The position numbers and the translations under genes are program-made. A model generated the notes under the pieces. It was not told the DNA's origin, did not search any database, and saw only the letters and a program-made list of their open reading frames with translations. This document shows positions 1 to 13,009 of a stretch of 64,000 nucleotides of DNA, in pieces; positions within the stretch are counted from its first letter, which is position 1, and every line of letters begins with the position of its first letter. Source of the stretch: Dicyema japonicum (lineage: Eukaryota > Animalia > Dicyemida); assembly GCA_011109175.1 (NCBI GenBank), contig RDEW01000016.1, positions 947,358-1,011,357 of the forward strand. Reading direction: 5' to 3'.

Positions 1-1194
1 TAGCTCTAATAGAAAACGTCTACAGCTTTTTACCGTTTTGTACCTTATCTTATATGAACAATAATAATTATTTGAGAAATAATTCCATATTCCACTACGA
101 GTTTTGATAAAATGTTAAGCGACAAATAATATATTATAATAACTAAGATATATGTAAAATATCAAAAGTGCATATTGGAGTTGTCACTACAAATGCAATA
201 CACGATAAAATTAGAGCACATAATATCAAGTAAAAGTCATAAAAATTCATCCAACAAATTCTTAGTCCAGAATAGTAAAAGTATTCTCCTATCAAATCAA
301 TAATATAATTTACGACTAAAGGATATCGGGGTTTGTTAGTCCAGAATATTACAAGTAGTCTACATCAAATGACGAGTATGAAATACGAATAGACTAATCA
401 AGGGTTGTTAGATTAGTTATCAGATTATCACTTTTGACTTCCATTAAACATATATTCTCCTATATATGTTTTCCTCTTCATAATTCTAAATTTTTGGAAA
501 ATTCTTTCCTAACTGTTTATATTTTTTTGTATTATAGTAATCCTAAATGTGAAATGTCTCCATCTCAGTGATTTCTATCATTACTATTAGAATAACGAGA
601 ACATTGCAACCAAGCATCAGCCCCATTTCTTTTGCAAGGATGTATCCTTTTTTCCAACTCCACAGTCTGCAAATGATCTAGGACATAATTCCAAATTCTG
701 TGAAGAGGACTCTGCAAACATCCTATCTGTACCACTATTAATCATACTCACTCTATTCTACTTCTTCCCTGATTTTAATCTCTTCTTCCTGCTCTCTTTC
801 GACCTATCTCTATAGTATTTTACGTTTCAGAAGTATTCCACACTCGTAAATTGCCTTATCGTCCTCCTCGTCGTCCACATGCTCAGTTTTGGCTCCACTT
901 GAAGTGTAGGGTAAGATATGGAAGGTATTTTTATAGTCAGTGTTTGATGCCTTTAAATCAAGCTGATCCCCACAAAAGATTGATATAAAGGTTGATTTAG
1001 TGAGTTTCTCATCCTCGACTTAACTTCCAGATGTGTTATCCTCATCTGCAAAGTAGGGCTTCATTCCACTGATGTATCCTTTTACTTTGACTTTTTAATA
1101 GATACCTCCCGTGACTGTCCTTAATTGGTTTTGTTACCTTTATTGTTTTTTGTTGGGATAGGTCCTGCAGTGGAATTTACATTCTATTCTTATA

Positions 1195-1390
1195 TTAAAT
1201 TAAATTATTAACCCCGGCTTCGCCAGCAAGTGGGAAGCCGGCGACCATCAGAGAGCGTGCAGTCCGGACAGGCCGCTCCCAGAGATCCTCGACTTTTGCA
1301 TCCGGTGGTCCAGGGCAGGGAAAAAGGTCCCGAACTACTCTGCCAGCCATTCTATTCTTATTCATCGTTCCATCACAAAAACGCAAGAAA
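1195..1390 (-). mobile_element. probable 3' end fragment of a non-LTR retrotransposon
   Basis: GC-richer ORF tail (..PVRTARSLMVAGFPLAGEAGV) ending ccggggttaataa then AT tail; same ccggggttaataa terminus occurs in the TSD-bounded insertion at 57321-57717. Confidence 0.4.
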
Positions 1391-1489
1391 ATAAAATATA
1401 TTTTTAAATAATTTGAAAATTAAAAATTTATATGTTAATTATAATTAAAATTCTCTATTAATATCTTGTTTTATAAATTGGAAAACACA

Positions 1490-1668
1490 ATATCAAAATC
1501 ATATCATACATAAATTTTGAGCCGATGCCATTTCCAATGAGAAGAGCAGTTCAGAATTCTCGACCCCGCCTTACTCTTCATCTTTTTTGTCGGTCTGGGA
1601 TCACTTAGTTAGATGAGAACTTTTATTTCTTCCTCTTTGACCCAGTGATCCTGGGGGTAATAATAATA
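1490..1668 (+). mobile_element. 3' end of I/Jockey-like LINE (ORF ends GIT*, (TAA)n tail)
   Basis: Close homology to 39660-39830 (minus): PMRRAVQ.SRPR...CRSGIT* followed by a short 3' UTR and taataataat. Confidence 0.7.
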
Positions 1669-2268
1669 ACAAATTGGAACAGGTAAAAAAAGGACAAAAC
1701 ATCAGTTAGCTTAATCTTATCTTGGATAAAAGACATAATTCTGGTCCTTTCTTCGGATTGTTTTTTCCTGTAACCAACTAGCGACAAAGCATGGCACTCC
1801 ATAGACATCTCGTCAGTATAAAAAGACTTCGTAAAAAAACTTTTCAATAAAAACAGAATGCGATCTCCATTGTTCAATTTTCCATCCATTTTGATGGCTC
1901 AAATTTCTTTGTAGTAAGAGTTTGATTGGCAGTTTGCCCAGCATAAATAATAGAGGAAATTTAATTCAAGCATTAATCACACGGTTCAGGCGTTCGAGAA
2001 TATCCACATCAACTTTTACATGAGGAATTTTTTTCGTACGCGGTCTTGAAGAATAGTCAATTGACTGATTCGTCCGTAACTCCCCAATAAAAGTACGCTC
2101 ACAACTAGCAAACAACTTTGCCTCAATAAATGTCGAAGACATATCAGGCTTAGAATCTGAGGTCCCCTTCGAATCATGTCCATTTCTTGGTAATTGTTGA
2201 CGTTTTTGGGCGTATATCAGTCTTCTGAACTCAGGTATTGTTATTTCCTCTCCAAACTTAGACTTGAA

Positions 2269-2796
2269 NNNNNNNNNNNNNNNNNNNNNNNNNNNNNNNN
2301 NNNNNNNNNNNNNNNNNNNNNNNNNNNNNNNNNNNNNNNNNNNNNNNNNNNNNNNNNNNNNNNNNNNNNNNNNNNNNNNNNNNNNNNNNNNNNNNNNNNN
2401 NNNNNNNNNNNNNNNNNNNNNNNNNNNNNNNNNNNNNNNNNNNNNNNNNNNNNNNNNNNNNNNNNNNNNNNNNNNNNNNNNNNNNNNNNNNNNNNNNNNN
2501 NNNNNNNNNNNNNNNNNNNNNNNNNNNNNNNNNNNNNNNNNNNNNNNNNNNNNNNNNNNNNNNNNNNNNNNNNNNNNNNNNNNNNNNNNNNNNNNNNNNN
2601 NNNNNNNNNNNNNNNNNNNNNNNNNNNNNNNNNNNNNNNNNNNNNNNNNNNNNNNNNNNNNNNNNNNNNNNNNNNNNNNNNNNNNNNNNNNNNNNNNNNN
2701 NNNNNNNNNNNNNNNNNNNNNNNNNNNNNNNNNNNNNNNNNNNNNNNNNNNNNNNNNNNNNNNNNNNNNNNNNNNNNNNNNNNNNNNNNNNNNNNN
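2269..2796. other. assembly gap (N run)
   Basis: Run of n. Confidence 1.
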
Positions 2797-3499
2797 CGAA
2801 CTTCCACCCATAACTCCTGGAAACTTACTCGTCTCATAACTCCAAACTTTACTAAAACTTGATCTAATAATTATATTTTGTTTTCCATTATTTTTCTGTA
2901 ATTTTGAATGTTTATTCGAATTATTTTGTTGTGGTATGTTTTGGGAATTTTTCCTGGCTAAGTAGCTAAGTGGTAAAGGAACGCGACTAATGAACTTTTA
3001 GAAAACATTAATGGCTTATACCATCTGCTTTAAGAACCAGATTATAACAACTTTATTCACATTTCATGTGAGTAACTTAGAGAATTTTTTACTTATGAAC
3101 CGGATCGTCTATATAGGATTTACACTAACTAATAGAAAAAAAGAAGTCTCTCCCTTTTCGATGAATTATCATAAATTTTTTTTTATAAAATTGAATAATT
3201 TATTATGTAATTCAGCTGAGGTAATTGACTGCACAAATTGTCAAAATTAGACTTTAAAATGTTTTTATAATGTCGATTAAATAAGACCTTTTGACAGATC
3301 GTTACCGGAAGAACAAAAATCCACTTTGTATTAATTAAATAATGAATTTTTGCTTATTTTTTTAATTAATAAAATTACTTAATTAAATTAATTTATTATA
3401 TACATTTTTGTCCTGCATAATCTTTGTGGGTTTTTGAAATTTTTTAGTTATTTTCTTTGTATTAATTAGTCACAAAAACTACCAGTATTAATTTATTAG

Positions 3500-3746
3500 G
3501 TTAAATTCTGGGTTGGTTCATCAGAAGCTCCAACTTAAGCTACACACTCAAGCTTCAAGGCTCAGAGGTACAGAAATGTGAAAGAATATGTAAAACCATA
3601 TTTTTATATGAGAGCCCGAATCGTTAAGTTCTAGGTTGGTTCATCAGAAGCTCCAACTTAAGCTACACACTCAAGCTTCAAGGCTCAGAGGTACAGAAAT
3701 GTGAAAGAATATGTAAAACCATATTTTTATATGAGAGCCCGAATCG
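3500..3746. repeat. tandem duplication, 123-bp unit x2
   Basis: gttaa(a/g)ttct(g/a)ggttggttcatcagaagctcc...gagcccgaatcg starts at 3500 and again at 3623. Confidence 0.9.
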
Positions 3747-4299
3747 CTCCATACTTTAAACAGTTGGCCTGGACAGAGGAGATAGAAAACGGCCGGGCGG
3801 ATTTACAATCTTGCCATTCGAGGAGGGGAAGCTATTGAGATGCCACTTTCATCGACCACTATTCTCCATCCAACTTTGTCAGGATTCCGTAGACAAACTG
3901 TATGCCGCGGAAAAAGCAATGAAACCAAAAGAGAAAAATATGAAGCGCTGCATGATTGGTTCACATTAAGCCTATAGTAGTTGACAAAACCTTCGTTTCC
4001 TTAAGATGCTGGGGCGTATGGCTAAACTAAAAAGCCTTTAAAAATTGTTTGTGATGCTTTTCCCGTCATATAGAAAAAGTATTTAAGTCTAATTAGCAGG
4101 GAAACCAGAAAATTGGAATTTTAAAAATAAAAATTGCATAATTTTTTTTAATTGTAAAAAATTGCATTATGGAAAAATAAACGAAACTTTATCTTAATTG
4201 TGGGGGACTGTCATCAAATCCATTCAAAAAAGATCGTGAGTATAAAAATTTTATTCTTCAAATCGGTCTTGGGAATTGAAGAAGCCAAAAAGTAGAAAG

Positions 4300-5150
4300 T
4301 AGTGCTTAGATGAATTATGTAATGATGTAGTAATATCATCCCTTCCGTCATTTACAGGGCCTGGTATTGCGAGATAATTGTTCAACCACAGCAAACATTC
4401 TTCCACCATGTTTGTATCTTTCGACGTCTTTTACCAAGTTATCCAGTGTGTGCCGGGCTAGTTCCCTCACTCTTCTCTTTATTTTGTATATGATTCTGTT
4501 GCGTTCTCTTTTAAAAATAGTCAGTGAAGCTTGACGAGTTTTAAGACTCAATTAAGAGTAGGAATTTCTTTTAGTTTTTTGCCAATTCTTCTATTTCTTT
4601 GTCAAAAGTTTCTTTGAACTTGATTGGAAGATTCCCGTACCATCCCAGCAGCCTGACTGACTCTGATCGAAATATTCTTCCATAGCACCCCGGGCGACAT
4701 ATTCGTGTATACATTTTCAAGCAGTTTCGATATTTTCTCGCCGTACTTTTTACGGGTATTGTCGGAAGCAAACAACGCCTAAATCCTACTCCGTGTATGG
4801 CTGCTAGTACTCTCTAGAATGAGACGTGGCACTAGTAGTCTGTTATCACTTGAGGTCATCATGCTACTGTACGAACGGAAATCCGTGGGTACCTTCATCA
4901 GTGTTTGCCTGCACAGTTTTCTACAGGAGTTTTTCCTCTGCCCTGACAACGTCGTATTATGTCACGCTGCATGTCAGAACGCCGTGTTACAAAGGAACAC
5001 TCTAGCAGAAGTGTATAAGGACAGATTTCTGATCCCTCAAGCGTGGTTGCCCATGCAATTTGATTCGTCCCGCTTTTCCCCACTTTGGAATTCAAGTATC
5101 CTGCTATAAAGAGCATGTATGAGCTAGACAGGGAGGAGTAAGCCGATTAT
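4300..5150 (-). mobile_element. RTE-like LINE fragment (APE endonuclease and linker), degenerate
   Basis: LFIAGYLNSKVGK (GDFN-like motif), RSYSSMMTSSDNRLL (SDH-like motif) and a linker resembling 15320-16400 and 62931-63400; frameshifted. Confidence 0.7.
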
Positions 5151-6039
5151 AAGGACGAGTAGAAATTTTCAAATTTTACTGTGGTCGATGTATATCATGT
5201 AAATCAGTGTTCATATTTTTCCCACATGTAAATCAGTGTTCATATTTTTCCCATTTTTGAGGATTTTTAAGAATTTCTGAAAAAAACAAGTAAAGATTTT
5301 TTTGGTCGAGAATGGCGAAAAGGATGGCTGTAAAGCATGGCTCAAGTGAAACCCTTTTAGGGCTACGCGAAGAAGCTTTTAACTAACTAACTAAAGATTT
5401 TTAGTTAAAAACTTTGAAGCTGATAGTTTCGCTTCAATTGACGATCGAGGAAATGGGAGAATACCAAACTGGATGAGATGTTTGATTATCACATTATGGA
5501 TATGTTAGTACTTAATAGTCACCCTTAGGTCAGCATTGTTAGAACCTCTTTGTGGTCTAGGTGATCAGCACCACCTAGACTAGTATTAGAACCACCACTT
5601 ATTTGTAGGGGGTGGGTACAGGTGACTGGGCAACACCTATGTTGAAAGCCTGTTTTGACAGCAACATGTGAAAATTATTAACATTTGTATTATTATACGC
5701 AAATTAAAGAATTACGCTCTTCTCGTTGGTTGTGCATCAACATCAATAATTTTTTATTAAAAAAACCGCCCTATAGAATTCCTATCGACCTTAACCCTAA
5801 ATTATAAAATAAAAAATAAATATTAATTAAAATATTAAAAAAATAAATAAATATTAAATGCAAAACGAAAATATTCCTGATTCAGTTCCATTGTGAAAAT
5901 GATAAAAGTTTTTCCTATCAAACACAAAGTTGAGTTCAAATAAGAAATACTGCCACAAAAAATTCCTCTATGATGTGGATACTCCTCAATGCACCCCCTC
6001 TCATTTTTGCTATTTGTCCTTTCTTTGAATCTGCGCTAC

Positions 6040-6450
6040 GTGATCTTCGACGAATTTATGAAGGTAATATATAAGAATTCATTTATGCTGACGACGTCAA
6101 CATCATATCGAGAGATAGAGCAGCGCTCATTTTCCTATTGGAAGTAGCTCTCTATTAACTCAAAAATGTGCTACCTAACCATCAATGTTCGCAAAACGCA
6201 AATAGTGGAAGTCAGAAGAATTGAAATAAGATCGGATGAACAATGGAGAAAGACTATATAATTCATCTACGTGCACGATGTCCAAGGCTGAAGAACAATG
6301 GATCGACTCATTTTATCAAAGGAAACTGAGGACAATGCTCGATTTGAATTGGCCAATAAAAATAAGAAGGAAAGCTTTATATAATGTTTTCGCAACTGCT
6401 GTTTTGATTTTCGAGATCACTGATTTGAGATGGAGGCATTGTCAAGAACG
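6040..6450 (+). mobile_element. RTE-like RT C-terminal fragment
   Basis: IYADDVNII motif and WIDSFYQRKLRTMLDLNWP, homologous to 22030-22700. Confidence 0.7.
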
Positions 6451-8059
6451 CTTCCTTCACAGGATAGATTTTAGAAAGGTTTTTTGATTCTAATATTAAC
6501 TATTTTGTTGGATATATCTTTACATAATATCTACCCCAGCCCTCCACCCTCCAAGCAATTTTTATCACAAATGTTATTTTAATCGTGTCTTCTGGACTTT
6601 CGACCTTTTTGGTCTCCATCTTTTTTAAGATTTTTACTAGATTTTTACAGGTTTTGTTGATTTAACTGTAGTTTAGAACATTCTTATAAAATCTGTCATT
6701 TGGGAAATTTGTGACGAGGATTCACACTTTGTAGGCATCCAAATGATGCTGGTGGGTAACCTAGTGGATTCATTCATACCTCCTCTATTCGGGAGTAAAT
6801 TTGCAGTCAGTTTAATCCATTCCTGGGATATTTATCTACTTTTTTTGGAAATTATACTTATTTGAATTCTTTCTTATGGACCTTTTCTTGTTTGTTATCT
6901 TCCCTCATGGCCGCATTCTAAGTTGTTTCCGTCTGATTTGTTTTTCGTTTTGAAGTCAGGAAGGCAAATAAGTTGATTCTCCATTCAAATATAGGACTCA
7001 TGTGGACCATAGTTGGACTACAAACATTTCTGAGTTTATGCTAAATCCTCATTTTCAATTATTCTATGGTACCCCTATTTTAATAAATTAAGTAATCCAC
7101 GTGTTAGTGTTGTTATCGTTGTCTATTTTTTATTTTCTTTTGCAAAATCAGCCCTCAAGAGCTTGTCCCTATATTTCTGTCATCCATCTTTGTACATGGT
7201 ATTTTGTGACACAAGTACTTTCAGAAGAGGCCAATTTCGACAGTAATCAAATCGGCAACATTATTATCTTCATAGGAATCCCCTATTGATTTTCTAACTC
7301 TTTTTCTTTCCCCAAACCCTCCAAAAGATGTCCGCCTTGAAGGCATCAATTTAAATATCCAGATTGGACAGTTGGAGTTTGTACTGTCCGTTTATTCATC
7401 TCATCGTTTGTCTTCCCTTTGAACTACTAGCTTATGGATTTTTCTGACCACGTGGTCATTAATTTAGGTCTATTTTGTGTTAATATGATCTACTAGATAT
7501 CGAAGATGACTTTTACGGGAGTCATATCTATTTTGATTCAGTAGATTCGTACGGCGAGTGGGAGAAATTACAGTTTCTACAATTTTTATTTCCATTGGGA
7601 GGTTTTAGTTTTGGTTATTGTCCTATCTGTCGCTCCGATTCTATTTGGAGAAATGTCTTCATGGTCTTCAAGAATTGTAGCTTAATGTGTGGCTGCATTC
7701 CTATTTTCACTGCATTCCTTGGTCAATTTTACTTGATTTTTTGTTCATTTTATTTTGAACTTATTTGATATAGTTTTTAGCTGTTGATCCTCATTAGTCA
7801 GGTGGGTTGAATAAATTAGCTATTATGCGTTTAAGGAATGGATGAACCAGACAGCTTTATAAAGGATACGAATAAAAAATTGTGAGTGTGCACAATCCTC
7901 TCATTTGATCCTAAAGGGGATCAATTCTCAAAGACCGATTTTAAAAAAGCTAAAAATATTTGTGACAAATATCTCAGAGTTTTTAATTACACTGAATGGA
8001 ATGTTTTTTTTGTAAATTATTTGAGTTACCCGTAACTTGTATTGAGGAATCGAGCAATT

Positions 8060-8790
8060 ATCAATTTATTCAAAAGTATTGGGCATCCATTTCCTTCAGA
8101 GTTTACTTGCCGCAATAAAGTTGAAATTTTAGCTCAACAAATGATATCCAAAATAATTTATTTAATTTCAAATAAGAAAGTTAGTTTGAATAATTTAATT
8201 GTTAAGGTTTTTTGATTGTGGACGAAACTGATGTTGGGAGAAACAAATTTGTTAATTGTCTAGTTGGAACGTTGGCAAATCTGCAAATCTCTTACCTAAT
8301 AGATTGTATAAATATTGATTCCTCTCCGAATTTGTCTATCATCAGTCAAATTATTGATGACACTATTCGGAAAATTAATGGTATTCTAGTCTATACCATA
8401 TCACATGTTTTGTTCATTTAGTGCATAATTGTGCACTTAAAATAAAAGTATATTATCCTGAAATCGACAAATTGATTGTTTGTATTAAAGCACTTGTTGT
8501 AAAAAACAATTATCGAAGACAATTGCTTAAAGAAATTGTGTACCCACCAGAACCAATAGTTACGAGATGGGGGAGCTAGCTTAAGGCTGTTTCTTACTAT
8601 GCTACAAACCTGCCAAATATTATTCAAATATGCACTTCTTCAGAAGGAGATTCTTTGTTTATTAAAAGAGCGAAAGAATGTTTATTTAATGGGCAACTTC
8701 ATGAAGATCTAACGACGATAATATCACAATATTCACATTTATTACATTTGCTTGATGATTTTTAATCGACCAATTTCACTATAAAGCATA
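8060..8790 (+). mobile_element. hAT-like (CGGBP1-related) transposase remnant
   Basis: LIVDETDVGRNKFVNCLVG, an HxxHN-like segment and PEPIVTRWGS motif; stops and frameshifts; truncated by a gap. Confidence 0.6.
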
Positions 8791-8798
8791 CAATTATT

Positions 8799-9197
8799 NN
8801 NNNNNNNNNNNNNNNNNNNNNNNNNNNNNNNNNNNNNNNNNNNNNNNNNNNNNNNNNNNNNNNNNNNNNNNNNNNNNNNNNNNNNNNNNNNNNNNNNNNN
8901 NNNNNNNNNNNNNNNNNNNNNNNNNNNNNNNNNNNNNNNNNNNNNNNNNNNNNNNNNNNNNNNNNNNNNNNNNNNNNNNNNNNNNNNNNNNNNNNNNNNN
9001 NNNNNNNNNNNNNNNNNNNNNNNNNNNNNNNNNNNNNNNNNNNNNNNNNNNNNNNNNNNNNNNNNNNNNNNNNNNNNNNNNNNNNNNNNNNNNNNNNNNN
9101 NNNNNNNNNNNNNNNNNNNNNNNNNNNNNNNNNNNNNNNNNNNNNNNNNNNNNNNNNNNNNNNNNNNNNNNNNNNNNNNNNNNNNNNNNNNNNNNNN
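8799..9197. other. assembly gap (N run)
   Basis: Run of n. Confidence 1.
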
Positions 9198-10724
9198 CTA
9201 TCTCTGAAATTACTATCCTTCCCCAAATTCCCCGATTAGACAATATCTAAAATATAAAAAACGGACAACCTCAATTATTCCACGAAATCTCTTTACCATT
9301 TCATCATAGTCTTTTAATTCCTGGACTTTGATCATTGAATCATTCACTTTACATCTTCATGTCTTTTGTTACATTTTGGCTAAAATGAGCGCGAATAAAC
9401 TGTAATATTTTACATTTAACTCATCTTTATGTAATTCATGAATTGTGTGTTTTTACAAGAAACACTACAGTTAGTTAATTTAATACATTTTCTTATTGAA
9501 AATATACCGAACAGTTGATTGTTAATTAACATCTGAGTGAATTACCTTATCACGAAACGCTGAACTTTTCATTCTATTTGATATAACAAATCTATCATCT
9601 AGACTTCCAACATTCCTTATAGGACCCACTAATACAGCATAAATATGAATGGAACCTCCGGGGACAATAGAGTCATCCTCAATATTTTTTTCTATCGTCT
9701 CTCTTCCAATATTATCATCCTTAGTCTCCTCCATTATAGAATTCGCCCCAGTATTATCTTCTATAATCTCCTCTAATAGGGTACCTCTCCTAATATTCCT
9801 CTCTGTGTATCTTTCATTTCTTTGGTAATTTATTTTTTCCAAATATGCAGACTTTCTAGGAGTTAAAACCTCTCTTGAAGTAGACATCAAAGATGATGGT
9901 ATCCTAATATCCCCACAACTTTCGATTTTGTTAAAAAAATAAATTCAAACATTGGATCTAAATATTATAAATAGAAATACAAAAGAAGGATCGTTATTTC
10001 GGGGATCTATTATTTTATTGTAAGTTTCATCACTGTCGACAGGGATACTGCAGTAAGTTTATCATCAGTAATACCTTTAAATGTAAATAATATTAGTTAC
10101 TGTCAAGACGTATCAGTTTGTGTTTCCTAACTAACCTTCCATTTATATATTTTTAACACACTTATTTTCTCTCATCACAACAGAAAATAATGTCCGCGTA
10201 ATTTTATTTATTTTATTAATTATTTTTATTTATTTATTTGATATTAATTAGTAATTTTTACTAATGAAGACTTGGCTACGGGACGAGTGCTATACTAAAG
10301 TTACCAGATTTCTTTAATCATGTGTGTTGATGTTGAACTTAACTAAAGACCCGTGTCATTTCAGGGAATGTTGAAGATACTCCAGTTGAGCATAAACGAA
10401 CTTTCCAAAAAAATGTGTTAATTTATGTACTCCTTTCGTTATTTTTTCGCAATCATTATGTGGACGTTTTTTTGGCACTCACCAGATAGAGTTAAAATAA
10501 CCTCGGATTGAAATTCTTAAGGTGCTATTCAGCTCAAACTCAGAGTGATTTTTTGTCTCTTGTGAGAGCATCAGGCTTCATAATATATTTGTTCGACAAA
10601 GATATACTAAAACATCTATTTACTTGGTTCCTTTCTTGTAATCTGCAATTGCTTCCTACACACTAAATTGTTTATTAAATCTCCTAGCCTTCTAGAAGAC
10701 AAAGAAATCTTGGATATGGTGTTG

Positions 10725-11189
10725 NNNNNNNNNNNNNNNNNNNNNNNNNNNNNNNNNNNNNNNNNNNNNNNNNNNNNNNNNNNNNNNNNNNNNNNNNNNN
10801 NNNNNNNNNNNNNNNNNNNNNNNNNNNNNNNNNNNNNNNNNNNNNNNNNNNNNNNNNNNNNNNNNNNNNNNNNNNNNNNNNNNNNNNNNNNNNNNNNNNN
10901 NNNNNNNNNNNNNNNNNNNNNNNNNNNNNNNNNNNNNNNNNNNNNNNNNNNNNNNNNNNNNNNNNNNNNNNNNNNNNNNNNNNNNNNNNNNNNNNNNNNN
11001 NNNNNNNNNNNNNNNNNNNNNNNNNNNNNNNNNNNNNNNNNNNNNNNNNNNNNNNNNNNNNNNNNNNNNNNNNNNNNNNNNNNNNNNNNNNNNNNNNNNN
11101 NNNNNNNNNNNNNNNNNNNNNNNNNNNNNNNNNNNNNNNNNNNNNNNNNNNNNNNNNNNNNNNNNNNNNNNNNNNNNNNNNNNNNNNNN
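10725..11189. other. assembly gap (N run)
   Basis: Run of n. Confidence 1.
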
Positions 11190-11227
11190 ATTAAAATTAA
11201 ATGATTTAATTCTAACAACCCTGATTT

Positions 11228-11402
11228 TAACTAATCGTAGAACCGAAGAATGATCTTCACTTTGTTTATTTTTCTTGTGTGTGTCTTTTCTAGACAATCA
11301 AGTTCCAAAGTGAGTATCCACTGATGATGACGTCATTAGTAAAGCCCTTATAGCATCGTAACCTAAGTCACTTTAGCCCGACATTTAACCACTATGCCAC
11401 CC
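11228..11402 (-). mobile_element. tRNA-derived SINE, internally deleted copy
   Basis: Head gggtggcatagtggttaaatgtcgggctaaagtgacttagg (Pol III A box TGGCATAGTGG); body and tail homologous to 23135-23410. Confidence 0.75.
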
Positions 11403-13009
11403 GGTGGTTAGAATACATAATAAAAGAGGTTTTCTTTCCAGGACACTTCGGAGGATTATGCTGTGATCGGGGACGATTGATGGACGCTGACGATGTGGAC
11501 GAAATCAGGAGGCGAACAAGATGACGTAAGGGATCGAAAGGCTAACGGCAAGAATAGTTGAAAACATAGCACGTGTCAAAACATAAACACTATTTACTGG
11601 CAACACGGAAGTGTCATTCCGATTATCTCATCATTCTGATATTTTCTCTGTCCGACTCANGCTGTGATCGGGGACGATTGATGGACGCAGACGATGTGGA
11701 CGAAATCAGGAGGCGAACAAGATGACGTAAGGGATCGAAAGGCTAACGGCAAGAATAGTTGAAAACATAGCACGTGCCAAAACATAAACAATGTTTACTG
11801 GCAACGCGGAAGTGTCATTCCGATTATCTCATCATTCTGATATTTTCTCTGTCCGACTCATGTCGTCATGTGCCTTGCTAGTTGTTTGAACGCCGTGCTG
11901 CTAAAAGAGGTCAAATGCACAGCTTATCCTGCGAGTGCAATACCATTAGAATTGCTCTTCCCTCGGCAGTGCCATATCACAAGGGCGTAAATGGAGGCCT
12001 GAGATCTTCAAACATCCGAGGTGAAAGAAGCATCCACAGCAGGACAATTTAATTCACTTTTAAGGTCATTTTTTGATTCTAAGGGCAACTATTAGAATGA
12101 TAAGATCCATTTTCTGCCTGATATTTGAAAAATCCATGATTGGGTTCAAATCATCCTCATCAGAGACTTTTATATTCTTCACCACTGATTTAGATATTGT
12201 CTTCAAATCCGAATAATCTGACGGAAACATTTCTAAAGGATTATTAAAGACGTAAGAATAGAAGTAAATCTTTTGTCATAAAAGTCCACAATCTTCATTT
12301 AAGCGTCAAATTCATCTGGGAAAGTTCTATAAATACAAGATATCCCGATGTTGTTGTAAAATCTGATTTCAGTACATCTGACAAGTAGAAAGTTTTTTTC
12401 CATTTAATGGATGGATAACATTTTTCAGACTATTTAAAGAGACTTTAGATTATTGTTTTCGTTTTCTCTCTCCAAACAATTGCGATGCACAGAAAATTAA
12501 AGAAAATGTCAAGTACATGTGGTCTTCGGAACAAATTACAAAAAGTGTAATGTAAATGATAGCTACTTGAACAAATGATCACACAGAGGCCCCCCAAACT
12601 GCATGACTATTCCTTCTCAGGAGGGAATTTTTTTACAAAATGAAAGATAGTGATCGGATCTCAATATGACTGTTCGAGTTTTTAATCTAAAATCAGCCGA
12701 TCGTCTCAGAGCCCCATCAGCGACGATTGTGGTCTCTGAAATTGCAGGGATGATACAAGCATGTACTTTGAACGATAGCCTTACATTCATGAGTGACAAT
12801 ACGCCCAGCTGAGTCTGATCTATCTCTTAACTCAGACAGTTACATACAACTGTAAGTGAAATCTTTGATGCTGAATAAATTCACTACGGCTACTGGACGA
12901 CATATTAGTTTGTTGATACGTGTAAAAGAGCAATGTCATTTTTTATCAGAGATTTTTATATTCTCCACCACTGATTTAGATGTTGTCTTCAAATACGAAT
13001 AATTTGACG

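Noticed and set aside
5555-5583. 9-bp hairpin gtctaggtg/cacctagac followed by CTAG
   Set aside because: Single occurrence, and the hairpin overlaps the CTAG rather than lying upstream as in Helitron ends
6900-7400. Possible decayed gypsy integrase on the minus strand (GIP..II, YH..DG-like fragments)
   Set aside because: Motifs are too degraded to call by eye; needs a profile search
9522-9890. 122-aa minus-strand ORF, possibly a Merlin-like transposase or host exon
   Set aside because: Only vague similarity (IEDDSIV, VIHSD) with no diagnostic motif order, so it is left uncalled
1966-11297. Long ORFs in the track spanning X runs
   Set aside because: Their length comes from translating N gaps
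11460-11860. 200-bp direct repeat
   Set aside because: The two copies are separated by a single n at 11660, the signature of overlapping contig ends joined by a scaffolder
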